From: Octopus vulgaris
Lineage: Eukaryota
Length of the DNA stretch: 64,000 bases
Assembly (NCBI GenBank): GCA_951406725.2
Contig: OX597821.1
Span: 63,922,001 to 63,986,000, forward strand
Direction of reading: 5' to 3'
The position numbers and the translations under genes are program-made. Shown here one piece after another: positions 26,388 through 40,402 of this stretch (positions are counted from its first letter, which is position 1; the number at the start of each line of letters is the position of its first letter). The notes below the pieces were generated by a model, which was given only the letters and a program-made list of their open reading frames with translations, searched no databases and was not told where the DNA came from.

Positions 26388-27785
26388 TATATATGCATGT
26401 ATAATATATATATATATATATATTATACATGCATATATAATGTACGTATACACATACACACACAGAGACACACACACTCACACACACACATACACACACA
26501 CACGCACACACACATATACATATTTATTCGTATATCATTGTTTAAAGTTACAGGACCACTAATAGTCTAAACCCCTCGTGTGTTTGGAAGTATTTTTGTC
26601 CGGTTATTTTGTGATTTTAACTCGGCACCAAAGTGACTAAGGGATTTGCTGAAATTAGGAAAAAATATTTAAATTCTAAAATCACGCCGAGCCGCAGCGA
26701 AGATGGAGTATACACTTCGAATTTAATTTCTTAGAAAATATATTTTAAATATAAAAATATATAATTTGATATATTGATTATTTCATTTCGTTTTATTATA
26801 TTTATTTACTATTTATGTATCGTGATATTAAAATTTAAAAGTTCTAGATGCTGCAGAACTGCATTTAATTTGATTTCAGATATAAAAAAAAATTAATAAG
26901 TGGCTAAATCATTCATCCGATATAATTCAATTGTTAAGATTACAATTTCTAAATTTCTTATGCCATTTACGTACGATACTTTATATATCTTAACTGTCTG
27001 CATAGGTTGCTACTGTTGTTGATGTGCTTATGGTTTATATTATTTTTATTGTTGAAGTTGTAAAATTATTTTTAAGTCATCATGGCTATACTATTTACTG
27101 CTATTACAGAAAAAAATATGCAACAGCGTCATTTATAAGTTATACTCTCACCATACATGATGTAAAGCACTTTACTCTTGGTTAAAAATAGGCTTTCTAT
27201 AATCAGCCATCGCAATCTGAAATATTTTTCCAGAAGCTGTAGTAAGCATTTAACCGCCAGTTTCATGAAAAAAAAAAAATAATAATAATACCCGCTATTC
27301 GTTTCCCGTTCTGATTTTTATTCTCGTTCTTGTTTTCAGTGTGTTTTTCTCAGAGGACTTCTGTTTAGACCTTAATATCAGAAGAAAATATCGTTCACAA
27401 ATATTTGTCATATTATTAAAACAGGATATATTAAAACAGGATATTAGAGATCTTAAGTGCTATATCAGTAATGCTAGAAACAACCCACTCTGCAATATTC
27501 CGCGTCAATAACCTATATTGATACTTTTGTTTCTATTTGAATCCCACTGTAGTCATGGTATTATGTTATCAGTTGCGTGGTTATCTTTGCTTGTCGATCA
27601 TTAGTAAAAAATAAATCAGTCAAGTACTATATCGATTATAACATTCAGAATTTCAGGTGTTATAAATCAATGTTTTAATATAGATTCAATTAATATGATT
27701 ATGTTAAATGCATAGAAATATGTAATATCTTAATCACCGTGCTTTCAATCGCTATTTAAATAGAATTAGCAACCCTGTAAAGATC

Positions 27786-28278
27786 CTGCTCTACTATGGT
27801 ATTGCTACGCCAACAGTAGTGTATGCAGGAGAAACTTGGAAGATAACTGCCAAGACCACTCTGAGGTTGAAGGCATCCCACCGTTACAGTCAATGCAGAA
27901 TACTCTCACACGGACGAAATCTCAGACTCTGAAGTCCCGAGAAGAGCAATCATTTTGAAACCTGCTAAAGTGTGTGACGGAAAGAAGAATGAGAATTACG
28001 TGCTTCGTTTTCTGACAGCCACAAGAACGAATAACCGAGACAGCTATATAATGGATAGCACTAGAGGGACAAAGAATTACAGCGAGACCCAATAAATCAT
28101 GGTGCGCCACCTTCAAAGATGATCTGAACCAACTCACCTTCAGCTGGGAAGATTCAGGTGGTTATAAATTAGGATTATTGGCTTATAATAAACTAGGATT
28201 AAAATGAACTAGGATTATTGGAGACGTCTTGCGCCCAATGTACGGGACAACTGTACGAGAGGAACTGAAACTAAGGTT
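27786..28278 (+). mobile_element. RTE-clade LINE 3' fragment
   Basis: LLYYGIATPTVVYAGETWKIT...CRIL resembles the RTE post-RT motif LLYGxETW...CLRRIL; decayed. Confidence 0.6.
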
Positions 28279-28333
28279 ACTGTTGACTGATTGTAACGGT
28301 CATCTAGCATTTTATAATAATTACCTTCTAATT

Positions 28334-28630
28334 CAGGGGTTCTCAACCAGGGTATTTATGGCTCTTGTGTGTCCATATAAGATCTTGCTTTTATAATTTA
28401 TCTGCCATAAATTGGCTCTATTTCTACAATCTACAAAATATTCTAAATTTTTTTTATACAATTATAGGCGTAGGAGTGGCTGTGTGGCAAGTAGCTTGCT
28501 TACGAAACACACGGTTCCAGGTTCAGTTCCACTGCGTGGCACCTTAGGCAAGTGTCTTCTACTATAGCCTCGGGCCGACTAAAGTCTTATGAGTGGATTT
28601 GGGAGATGGAAACTGAAAGAAGCCCGTCGT

Positions 28631-28717
<87 letters not shown>

Positions 28718-29013
28718 TGTGTTTGTGTTTGTCCCCCAACATCGTTTGACAACCGATGCTGGTGTGTTTACGTCCCCGTAACATAGTGGTTCGGTAAAAG
28801 AGACCGATAGAATAAGTACTAGGCTTACAAAGGATAAGTCCTGGGGTCGATTTGCTCGATTAAAGGCGGTGCTCCAGCATGGCCACAGTCAAATTACTGA
28901 AACAGGTAAAAGAGTATAAGAGAGTAAAAAGAGTATCGAATGGCTGTAGGGGGCCAGTAAAGCATAACAGGAAAGAAAGGGGTCAATAGGCAAATAATGG
29001 TTGAGGACCACTC
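28334..29013. mobile_element. hAT (Charlie-like) MITE with a nested SINE
   Basis: TIRs CAGGGGTTCTCAACC / GGTTGAGGACCACTC; exact 8-bp TSD TTCTAATT at 28326-28333 and 29014-29021. Confidence 0.85.
28467..28913 (+). mobile_element. SINE family A, full length, nested in the hAT MITE
   Basis: Full consensus with internal (TA)n(TG)n. Confidence 0.88.
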
Positions 29014-29541
29014 TTCTAATTTAACAATTCATTAAACAGTTTTAATATCCTCATACAGAAACCGCTATTTCTCTCCAGTTTTATATATAAGTTATATGAT
29101 TGTAGTGGAATTTTACATATCCAGTGACTGATGAAGAAATTTTCTTCAATAAGCATTTGATAAAATATTTCCGTAGATCTGAAAGAGATGAAATAAATCG
29201 GACTGAATCTCAAAGAGGAACGACTGTTTCATAATTTCTAGATATCCTTACCTTGAGGATACTGATATGAACTTTATGGAAAGACTAAGTCACATGACAT
29301 AATGTTACAAAAGAATGGCATGTATTAGTTTTGAGGTTTTATTTGAAGATTTATCGATCAAATGCGAAGTCGAATTTATTCGTTACATTGTCAGAGATCA
29401 AACATTCCCTGAAGAATGTCAGACAGCTTTCACTCGAGAACTTCTGATGCGAATTAAAACATCTTTTGTTAATATTACATTAGGTTTCTGAAAATTAACT
29501 TACACTGGGAACAATTTACCATGTATATATGTATATATGTA

Positions 29542-29631
<90 letters not shown>

Positions 29632-29730
29632 TACATACACACATACATACATACAAACATACATACATACATACACACATACATACATACATACACACAT
29701 ACATACATACATACACACATACATACATGT

Positions 29731-29824
<94 letters not shown>

Positions 29825-31059
29825 GTCATGATGAATGTTAATTTAAGAATTAATTTGAAATATTCACATCATTTATATTCTTCTGAACATACGGATATAG
29901 AATCCCAAATCATTTGTGGTAACATCTTGACCTAGATTGAATGGATGTAAAATCGATTACTAAACCGTTGGGAATATGCACGTCTTTAAAAAGATATCTT
30001 CGGTGCCGTACAACAGAAGATACTTGTGTTGAGTTGGGGAATTTAAAATTAAAGAATCTGTAGTTGTATGCTGTTAGAGTATAGTAGTAAAGGAAAACGA
30101 CGATGATTTAAAAAGATAAGAATATACAATTCCAAATTTCAAATGCAAGGCTAGAATAATTGATTTCGTTTTAATCAATGTAACTGAAATAAGTTTTATT
30201 TTCTCTGCTAATATTATTTTTATTTCAATGTCTTTCGATTTATTATCTTTCTTTAATCTAATACATAACACAAGTTTTACTAAATCTTACGTTACTTATA
30301 GAATGTCAGCGAATGTTAAATAAACTGACGAGCAAACCTGACTTCAACAAATACATTTCCTGCAAACATCCCGAAGGTTTTGCGACTATCAGAATAAACT
30401 TTTCAAAGATGAACTGAATGAAATATTTGTCAATTGAAGTGACAGCATTGAAGCTTGTAAAGAAAATCAGAGAATCAAACAGAGGCAGAAAATTCCCAAT
30501 TTCTCTTTCATTATTTTCTTTTATATATACAGCTTTACCATTTTTTTTTCGTCATTCATTTTCCTGCAGCTGGCTTCTCTGTTTAACGCAAAAATTCTTT
30601 ACCTTATTTTCCATTCAAGATACTACATATATTTTTCTTGCCTTTTTGTTCTTTTTTTTTTTTTGGTCTCACAGAATGACAGCTCTGTGTGATTTGCACT
30701 TACTAATGTATGCATACAGCTATTCTCTCAATAACTGCTGCATGCCAAAACTAGTTTGCTTAAAGTTATTGATAAAGAGTCATCTGCCTAACGTGTCCCG
30801 GTGAATGAATTACATCAATGAGACAACACGTTTTGCCTTTATCCTTTCTTTCTATCGCAAAGAAATGCATGGGATTCTGACATGTGTTTAGCATTTTGTT
30901 TGTTTTTGTTTTTGTCGTTATATCTTCAAGCTAATCGATACCATAATTGTATTCCTATTCTTTCTACTTCTTCCGTCTAACTATCCAATTATATAACATT
31001 GTTTCCTTATTTACATTATACATTATTTTTCTTGTACGTCTTTGATTTTATTTCCATGT

Positions 31060-32715
31060 TCTAGTAACAATCACAATTTATCAAATTTTAATCTTTTTTA
31101 CCATGGAAATTTTATTTTTATCTTTATTTTATTTTTTTCTTCGATCATACTTTTTCTTTCAGTTCATCCATCTATAACCAAAAATATTGCTTAATATTCT
31201 TTTGATCATAATCATTTCATCTATATATCTACCCAACCAAACAACCAACTCTGCCTCTTAATATTCCTACACTTTCTTCTATCCATCAATTTGATAATCA
31301 CTCTCACATCTCACATCTACACAAAATTACACAAGCACAGAAACACTCAGATAAACACAAATTGCTCACAAAGATCATAATGTTCTGTAGTATTAAAAGC
31401 AATACGTAAGAAAGTAAGCTGTGTGTAACATGGACTGGAACAAGAAGCTTCGGTTGTAATTAGTGAGACAACGAGAGTTGGTTACAAAAAAGAGAACGCT
31501 TCGCTTTCTAAATTCAAATTATGCTACATTTGACATCATATATAACAACCATGGAAACAGAGCAGACAAGTGTTATTATCTTCTATACTGTCAAATCATT
31601 TGTAATAAAAATTGAATTTGTGTGTTATTGCAGTCAAACACTATCATCAGCGTCATCAGCATCATTCTCATCGCCACCAGACAAAGAAGGAGTCTCTACA
31701 CCGTCCTTAATTCTCACCCAATTGTGCTTTTTTAAAGAACGCAATGGAAGATAATGTAGATTTTGATAGAATGCATCTGTAAAAAGAGAAACCATAATCG
31801 TGGTCAGAACGTCTCTAACATAAAGTTGCTCCACAATCATAATTTTTGGATTACTCATTCGTTAAAAAAACCCGCTGAAACTGGCTCTGGCTCTGAGTAA
31901 ACATGTCTTGTTTCCATAAGGTTTCAATTAAAATCTTCCACCGAACCTTAGTCACAATTTATGTCCCTAACACTAGCTGAATGATAACTAAGCTATTTTA
32001 CCTTATTATTTCTTATATTTAAAATAACTGAAAGAAACACAGAGCATCTCAAAATAAATACAGTAACGAAACAGCATCAACATCAGTCTATTAGTTGCTG
32101 CTGTCGTTTCTAGTCCCAACCCACTGTGTTACACCATGCTTATGCACGTGGATGCATTGGCAATTTTTATCAAGTAGGACACATAAACAGGCCATTGCTT
32201 GTCATAGCGTATTCTAGTCCTGAACTGTTATTTCATCTTGCATTGCTGTGATACATGATGTCAACTGTAGCATAACTTGAATTCAGAAAGTGAAGTGTTC
32301 TCTTTTTTGTAACTAGCTCTCACTGTCTCACTAATTGAAACCGAATTTTGTTGTTCCAGGTTATGTTACACATAGTCTACTTTATTATATATTCCTTTTA
32401 ATACTACATAAAATTGTGATCTTTGTGAGAAATGTATGCTTCTGTGTGGGAAGAGTGAGGTATATGTGATGCGTGTGTGATTAACATATTGATGGATAGA
32501 AAGTGGTAGAAATACTTGAGAGGCAGAGTTGGTTGTTCGGTTGGGTAGATGTATAAATGAATATTATTATCAAAAGAATGTTAAACAATATTTTGGGGTT
32601 GTAGATCATAATATCCTGAATGGATAAACTGAAAGGAAAGTATGATCGAAGAAGAAATAAAATTAAAATTCAGTGGTAAAATGATTAGCATTTCATAAGT
32701 TGTAATTGTTGCTAT
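31060..32715. repeat. Long diverged inverted repeat (~490-bp arms, ~680-bp spacer)
   Basis: 31060-31555 aligns colinearly with the reverse complement of 32241-32715, e.g. CTACCCAACCAAACAACCAACTCTGCCTCT vs AGAGGCAGAGTTGGTTGTTCGGTTGGGTAG, and CTCACAAAGATCA vs TGATCTTTGTGAG. Confidence 0.85.
31851..32070. mobile_element. Possible decayed TTAA-type MITE
   Basis: TTACTCATTCGTTA at the left and TAACGAAA at the right are a degenerate inverted pair. Confidence 0.3.
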
Positions 32716-33039
32716 ATATACCTGCTTTTGGTGATTGCTCCGTAAAACTGAATCCGATTTTGTTGTAGCGATTCATATATGTGATGTCCCTACTCTGTTT
32801 ATTTTACACAAACATACTGTACGTATTCCAAGTAGATCCATTCATATGACTGGTACAAATCTATCACCGGCATTCTAAAACCACTAATTACCTGATTTTT
32901 TTTCTGTTTATTTTTTAAAAATTTAATACTTTGCCCTTTGCAGATAACTATGAACTTTAATCCATGTCACTGCTAGTCTTTATTGTAAATAATGGTCTTT
33001 TTCTCTTCAAAAGCAAAAGACTACTATATAGTTTTAAAA

Positions 33040-33242
33040 TTTTGGCACAAGGACAGTAGGTTCGGCGAAGGGGTCAAGTAGATTACATTAGCCCCAGTGC
33101 TCAACTGGTACTTATTCTACCGACCCCTGTGAGAGTGAAAGGCAAAGTCGATCTTCTCTGAATTTGAAATCAGAACGTAAGGACAGGCGAAATGCTGTTA
33201 AGCATTTTGCCCCATCTGCTAAAGATTCTGCCAGCTCGCCGT
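33040..33242 (-). mobile_element. SINE family B, alternative tail
   Basis: CTGGTACTTATTCTACCGACCCC...GAAAGGCAAAGTCGA...TTCTGCCAGCTCGCCG. Confidence 0.75.
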
Positions 33243-33419
33243 CCGAAATCATCCATCGAACTCTCTTGCAGGTCATATAACAATCATAGGGACAACATTT
33301 GAGTTACAAAATTTAGCTGCAATCTAGCTATCATATATGGTTTTATAATATAAAGAACTAGTTCCAACGAATGAAATGAACCAGTGATTCTGTCCTCACC
33401 ACCTAGAGCCGGGTCACAT

Positions 33420-33697
33420 TACCCTAACAGCTCTAGGATTTTCGCTAAGCCAAACACTCAGATATCGACTAAGCGTTGATGTGGATGTTTCCAAAGCACA
33501 TTTGGACAGGTTTTTAGCTTAGGTACCAGATGAACACATATCGTGGCAGAAAACACAAAGACCAGAAACTCTGTCCAACTGGCTACTTCAATAGAAAAAA
33601 TTCTGGAGAGAAAGCCGAGAAGTTACTAAGAAATAAAATCCCCGTCACTCTTAAGGCAGTACCTCCCAACATGGCCACAGCATTTGACTGAATCCAG
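33420..33697 (+). mobile_element. CR1-group LINE 3' end including 3' UTR
   Basis: VDVDVSKAHLDRFLA*VPDE...SNWLLQ* followed by AAGGCAGTACCTCCCAACATGGCCACAGCATTTGACTGAA. Confidence 0.6.
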
Positions 33698-35223
33698 TAC
33701 CAGCAAACAGTATTTAAAATATCTTCATGCTTTAATCAAACACTTTCAACGATCATAAACGCAAAGTCGTGTATTTCCGCATAATTATTCTCATCACGTG
33801 TTTTTCATCACGATACCAGATGAAATGTTTCGTTTTTTTTTTCCTTACAAAACTAACACTGGCTTCATGTCACAACTTTCAATTTTTTTACCAATTTTCA
33901 TGATGGATAAAGTTGAATTCAAATTACATACACATCTTAATAAACCATTTATTTCTACTGAATATTCTATTAAAATCTATTTGTAGATTTAATTAACTTT
34001 TTTTTTCCTTAAACTTTGACAAATTTCTCACTGCATAACATTCCTTCCCTTCCTATTCATTATTTCTTCTCCAAAATCAGATGTCTTTATCTTTTTCTCT
34101 GTTATGGTAGAACTCTATTATCTCCCGATCCCTTCCTTTCTCGCAGTTTTCATTAATTCAGAGGTTACGTTGATATTCTCTTAAATCCATTTTGTCTTAG
34201 ATTTGATAAATGCAGAATAAATCAAGTTGAGATCCCTGACTACTTAACATTTAACAAACTCGATTCTGGTTGATGTTTTACCATTACTTCAAATAGAAGT
34301 TTCTTATTCTAAATGCTGCTAAAGATGTGATGGATATATTTTCTAACGTTTTCATTATATTATGGTGTACGCCTGGTTTACCGCTTTGCTCACTAATCTT
34401 CTTATAATGTTGGATATATTCGGAGAATTACGGGTATGTTAAATGAAGCCACCTATTAAGATCTTTTAAGGTAATTAACTATAGGCAAGGCAGCGAGAAA
34501 ACATTCGTGAAAAAACAAACATACAGGCAACTGGAGTAATATATAAATGTAATTAAATTTATCTTCGAATCCTCACGATGTTCTTTGACTATTCCGCAGA
34601 AGAAGCTTTTCTGTAATTCCTCATTCCCCCACTCTTAGTATGATATTTTAGTTTTCTTCCATTTCGAATCTGTTTCGGGTGTTGCATGAAGGAAAGTGCG
34701 ACACACACACACACATGTTATATATAAATATACATATAAGTATATATATATATATATATATATATATTAATGGTTTTTCCGTACCTGCAGCCTGCAGCGT
34801 AATTAAGAACTAAGTAAAATGGTGAGAGGAGGCAGATTATTCAGAATTATTTGCAACGAATGTAATAAATAGCTGTAGATAAAGGAATGGCTAGGTTTGA
34901 GTGTAAGCAAAGGTAATGAGCTACATAAAAAAACTGCTTTTGATGAGTATAAAGGTAGACATGTGTTTTGAAAAGAAAGTAAGTAAAGTTTCGGTGATTC
35001 CACGGAGTTCTTTGCGTTTTATGCAGTACGTCTCGAATCGTTATTTCACATTCGCAAATAATCTGCTGTGATTTAAATTCACTGAAATTTTCAGGTGTAG
35101 AATAATTTAATTTTAAGCAAAATTTTCTTAGATACAGAAATGAATGAGTTCGACGGCACCGTAAAATAGTATTAGGTAAAATATTTATTAATCGTAAGTG
35201 TTCAACATGGGTAGCACATCATT

Positions 35224-35813
35224 AATAATAATCCTTTCTACTATAGGCACAAGGACTGAAATGTGGGAGGGGAGTCTAGTCGATTACATCGACCCCACTG
35301 TGTCACTGGTACATAATTTATCGACTCGGAAAGGATGAAAGGCAAAGTCGACCTCGGCGGAATTTGAACTCAGAACATAGCGAAAGACGAAATATCTATT
35401 TCTTTACTGCCCATAAGGGGCTACACACACAGAGCGGACAAACAAGGAAAGACAAACGGATTAAGTCGATTATATCGACACCAGTGCGTAACTGGTACTT
35501 ATTTAGTCGACTCCAAAAGGATGAAAGGCAAAGTTGACCTCGGTGGAATTTCAACTCAGAACGTAGCGGCAACAGAAATACCTATTTCTTTACTACCCAC
35601 AAGGGACTAAACACAGAGAGGACAAACAAAGACAGACAAACGGATTAAGTCGGTTATATCGATCCCAGTGCATAACTGGTACTTAATTCATCGATCCCGA
35701 AAGGATGAAAGGCAAAGTCCACCTCGGCGGAATTTGAACTCAGAACGTAACGGCAGACGTAATACGGCTACGCATTTCGCCCGGCGTGCAAACGTTTCTG
35801 CCAGCTCGCCGCC
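35224..35813 (-). mobile_element. Head-to-tail trimer of family B SINEs
   Basis: One full unit (35583-35813) plus two units (35397-35582, 35224-35396) both starting at G(G/A)TATTTC. Confidence 0.85.
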
Positions 35814-35849
35814 ATGTACATCATAAATAATAATAAGAAACATAATATT

Positions 35850-36020
35850 TATTTCTTTATTGCCCACAGGGAGCTAAATAAAGTGGGGACAAACAAGGAC
35901 GGACAAAGGGATTGAATCGTTTACATCGACCCCAGTGCGTAAGTGGTACGTAATTTATCGACCCCAAAAGGTTGAAAGGCATTTCGTCCGGCGTGCTAAC
36001 GATTCTGACAGCTCGCTGCC
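35850..36020 (-). mobile_element. SINE family B, internally deleted, Tx1-like tail
   Basis: Head and tail present, part of the tRNA region missing. Confidence 0.8.
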
Positions 36021-36040
36021 TTAACCATGATATTAATCAT

Positions 36041-36387
36041 AACAAGAGCACTCCGAAAAAGCAAACCTCCGCCAACGATTAGCAGGGGGTGATTTTTAAA
36101 ATGGGAATATCTGAAATAAATTCGACTGCTCTCACAAACGAGAATACTAAAAATGAACCCGAGCGCTCTCAAAAATTAAGTAAAAAACAGGAAAAGGATC
36201 CCAAAGCCTTGTCTGGTGCTGGATTGATCCCAGAATCTAATCAGTTCGTGCCAGTCAAGATGCCAAACATCTCTTTAAGTTTCATCCGAATCCATCCAGC
36301 GGTTCTTGAGATATCTCGTCCACTGACAAACAGACAAACAAACACAACTGAAAAGAATACCTCCGCCTTCGCTAAGGCTGAGGTAAT
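36041..36387. mobile_element. Helentron-associated (HINE/DINE-1-like) non-autonomous element
   Basis: Subterminal ACCTCCGCC at 36065 repeated in the terminal hairpin ACCTCCGCCTT-cgct-AAGGCTGAGGT (36359-36384); internal GACA/AACA microsatellite; A/T-rich borders; no TSD. Confidence 0.65.
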
Positions 36388-36404
36388 AATCTTTTTTTTT
36401 AATA

Positions 36405-36578
36405 TTGGCACAAGGCCCGAAATTTCGAAGGAGAGATTAAGTCGATTACCTCGACCTCACTGCTCAATTTTATCGACCCCGAAAGGATAAAAGGCAAAAT
36501 CGACGTCGGACGAAATGCCGTTAAGCATTTCCCCCGGCTCGGTAACGATTCTGCCAGCTCGCCTCCTATACCACGTTG

Positions 36579-36619
<41 letters not shown>

Positions 36620-36835
36620 CACGAGTTCCAATTTTGGCACAAGCTCTGCAATTTTGGGGGAGGGGGAAAGTCGATTACATCGACCCCAGTATTCACCCAG
36701 CCCCTAATTTATCGACTCCAGAAGGTTGAAATGGAAAGTCGACCTCGGTGGAATTTGAGCTTAGAACGCGAAGACGGACGAAATGCCGCTAAGCATGGTA
36801 TCCGGCGTGCTAACGATTCTGCCATCTTGCCGTCT
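36405..36835 (-). mobile_element. Two family B SINEs separated by (AAT)n
   Basis: 36405-36565 and 36625-36835. Confidence 0.72.
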
Positions 36836-38066
36836 TAATCTTTCAGTAATATTTTTTTTATTACCTGAAGAGTTAATCCATGATTATCTACCTGTAATGC
36901 TCTTACTTTCACTCACCTTTTCAGTCTCTCTTTGATGTTGCGACGCATTATTATCTTACAATTAATATATATCGCAAATTGCCTTTCATTTGAAAACAAC
37001 AAATTTCATTGAAAATGTGCATTTTTCAAAAAAATTCGGATATCTCTTTTGTTTTAGCTGTTTACTGCAATCGCATTTATTTGAACGATATCAACAATTT
37101 ATTCATATCGTCTATTTGTTTATTTATATTTTCTTCTTATATCTTCACTTAAATTTTCTCCTACCTTTACAACCATTGTTTTTACTTTCTACTATATTAT
37201 CTTCAGCAAGGTCGTTTACCACTGACTCGCATCATTAAAATCACTTCGTTTCTTTTAGTGATACATCAATTCATATTTAATTCCAAGTAGTTATTAATGA
37301 TGCCGCTATCAAACACATTGGAAAATTTGTAATGATACCTTCCAGCAATGGAACTATTGATGCCTCTCACCACTTCACATCATCAACGTATTTCATCCAA
37401 GTTAAATTGTATTTTCTTTATTTTTTTGTCTGTATCATTAATGTAAATATCTTATTGACGTATTTACACAGTTTATTGTTTATCATAAACACTAGATTTG
37501 TTACTTGTCAAATATGTTACAATTTTTTTAACCGTTAAATTCGATATATTATTTATATTACTTGTTGGAAATCCAACAAAGTTTTTGCGAAATATTTTCT
37601 GCTGCAGTAAAATATTTGCTTCACAATATTAATAATGACATTTAGACATTTCTGTAAAACCTCTCAGTCCATGACCATCTCGTGTTCACGTTAAATCAGT
37701 GACTTAGAATTTTTTGTTTAGTACATGATGCTTGACTAATCGTTTTACTTTTCAATATTTCATAGCGGTCGCTTCTCGTAGGTTCCTGTCAAACAACTGA
37801 ATTACAGGCCAACATACCTATAATTTTCCTACCTACAGGAAGAATCAGATTGTTAAATTTCATTTATATTTTCATTGCTTTGACGTATATTGTCTGGCTT
37901 TTATTCATATTATAACTTGTGTAACGACAATATCCAAAGTTACTAACTTCCTTTACGACTGTGGCTATACACAGTGTCTCTTTACAATGCTCGTTTGGCC
38001 TACTCAATTCTTACCTTTCAGTATTTTTATGCTAGCCACTAATTTCTAACATCTTCATTAAAGATA

Positions 38067-38245
38067 GGCGCAGGAGTGGCTGTGTGGTAAGTAGCTTGCT
38101 TACGAACTACATGGTTCCTGGTTCAATCCCACTGCGTGGCACTTTGGGCAGGTGTCTCCTACTATAGCCTCGGGCTGACCAAAGACTTGTGAGTGGATTT
38201 GGTAGACGGAAACTATAAAGAAGCCCGTCGTATATATGTATATGC

Positions 38246-38327
<82 letters not shown>

Positions 38328-38530
38328 GTGTGTGTTTGTGTGTCTGTGTTTTTCCCCCCAGCATCGCTTGACAACCGATGCAGGTGTGTTTACGTCCCCG
38401 TAACCTAGCGGTTCAATAAAAAAGACCGATAGAATAAGTACTAGCCTTCCAAAGAATAAGTCCTGGTGTCGATTTGCTCGACTAAAGGCGGTGCACCAGC
38501 ATGGCCGCATTCAAATGACTGAAACAAGTA
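38067..38530 (+). mobile_element. SINE family A, full length
   Basis: Full consensus. Confidence 0.88.
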
Positions 38531-38669
38531 GAAGATTCAATGAGTAAAGAGTAAAGAAACATAACAGTCTCTACACAGTAAAATGTTTGTTTTTGCCCCT
38601 CTGTAATACTTTAGCCTCTTATCACCTGGCACAAAACTATTTCCCTTACAACTACTCGTACCTGAACTA

Positions 38670-39015
38670 AGGGGTTTTGCCTTGCGAGTTACTTCGTGCC
38701 CACACTGGTGTCATGCTGCCGAAAAGACACCCAGTGCACTCTGCAAAATAATGCTTGGCTTTATGAAAGATAAACAGCCGTGGAAACCATGCCACGGCAG
38801 ACAATGGAGATTGATGCAATCCTCGAACGGATTCCGGCATGGAAGATGCACATCAAAAGGATGACCACGAAGGTGATGAGGAGGAGGGTGATGATGACGA
38901 CGACGACGATAATGACGACGACGACGACATGATCGACGATGACGATGATGAAGATGATGGTGGTGGAGGCGGTGGAGGTGGTGGTGGTGGTGGTGGTAGT
39001 GGTGGTGGTTGTGAT
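38670..39015 (+). mobile_element. Diverged SINE/LINE tail followed by (GAT/GAC)n(GGT)n
   Basis: CAGCCGTGGAAACCATGCC...GGCATGGAAGATGCACATCAAAAGGATG leading into a trinucleotide tract. Confidence 0.4.
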
Positions 39016-39370
39016 GACGTCGTATATTACAATGTCGTATTTCAATAGTCCATTTGTGCTACACACATACACACACAAACACACACACACACATATACAC
39101 ACATATATATATATATATAAATTTAAATTTAAAATAATAAGGGTGAAATATTGAATATTATTTTTTTTTAATATCGATTTAAAACCAGTGGTCTAGAACA
39201 TCAAAATCTGAAGGTTCAGAAAATTATATTACATACATATAAGAGGGATGAATTATCTTGAGAACATTCGTTTCTTAGTGGTAAGACCATAGCGGATCTA
39301 CTTCTAGCATAAGGGTTGTCCACGTAGTGGTCATCCTTCTTATATGTATATATATGTATATATGTATATT

Positions 39371-39413
<43 letters not shown>

Positions 39414-40180
39414 TTTAAAGTATGTACACTTTTCAATTTTCAATGAGTTAATATAGTAATATTAAATGTTATACTTGTGTGTGGAGTATTATTTTCATAT
39501 CCATTTAGGCAATGTTCTATGAGATTTTACACCAATATACAGTGTAGTAGTAGCTTATGTAGTGTTAGACTTGTAGATATTTCTACTAGCTCTATGTCGA
39601 TGTTACACAAGTATATAGCGTAGTTCTTAGATGTGGTAGATTATACAGCAGTAAACTTTCGGATGTATAATTATCTTCCTTTCTTATGTAGTTGAGGCCT
39701 ATGTAAAGTTAAAGTAATAGCCGAATCGTAGTAGTCAGACATGATGATATCATAACTGTAGTAATACATAAATGCCTAATTAACGGTTTCTAGTGTTGTA
39801 GTGATAATTCAGGGCGAGGGCAAGAGAGGTTCTTATGTCTTAGAAGTGAACACGTTGGTTATAAATAATGTACGTAATGAAGTGCTATGCTGTCTCTCTT
39901 AACAGTAGGCTTTCTAGTCGTAGCAAGAGATAATTAATTAAAGACTAGGCAAGAGATCTAGCGAAGATTATGAAGTAAATTAACTGTTTCCATACGAAAA
40001 ATTACAGATGCTTATTAAATAAAATGTCACTTGAAATGCTTCAAGATGATCGTGACCAAACGTAGTATATAAGTTCCTTAATAGTAAACTATGAATTCTT
40101 CTTAGATCACAGTAAGAATAGAGTTATATGTAAATATTTCTGTAGTTCGGTATGTATGTATGTACCTACATGTACGCACG

Positions 40181-40213
<33 letters not shown>

Positions 40214-40354
40214 ATGTGTGTGTGTGTATATACGTATATATATATATACATACATATATATATATATATATGCATACATATATATGTATATACATACATA
40301 TATATGTATATATACATATATATATACATATATATGTATATATACATATATATG

Positions 40355-40402
<48 letters not shown>

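Noticed and set aside
29315-29490. 58-codon open frame (MACISFEV...) and nearby splice-like signals
   Set aside because: No recognisable motif or consistent exon structure; compatible with chance.
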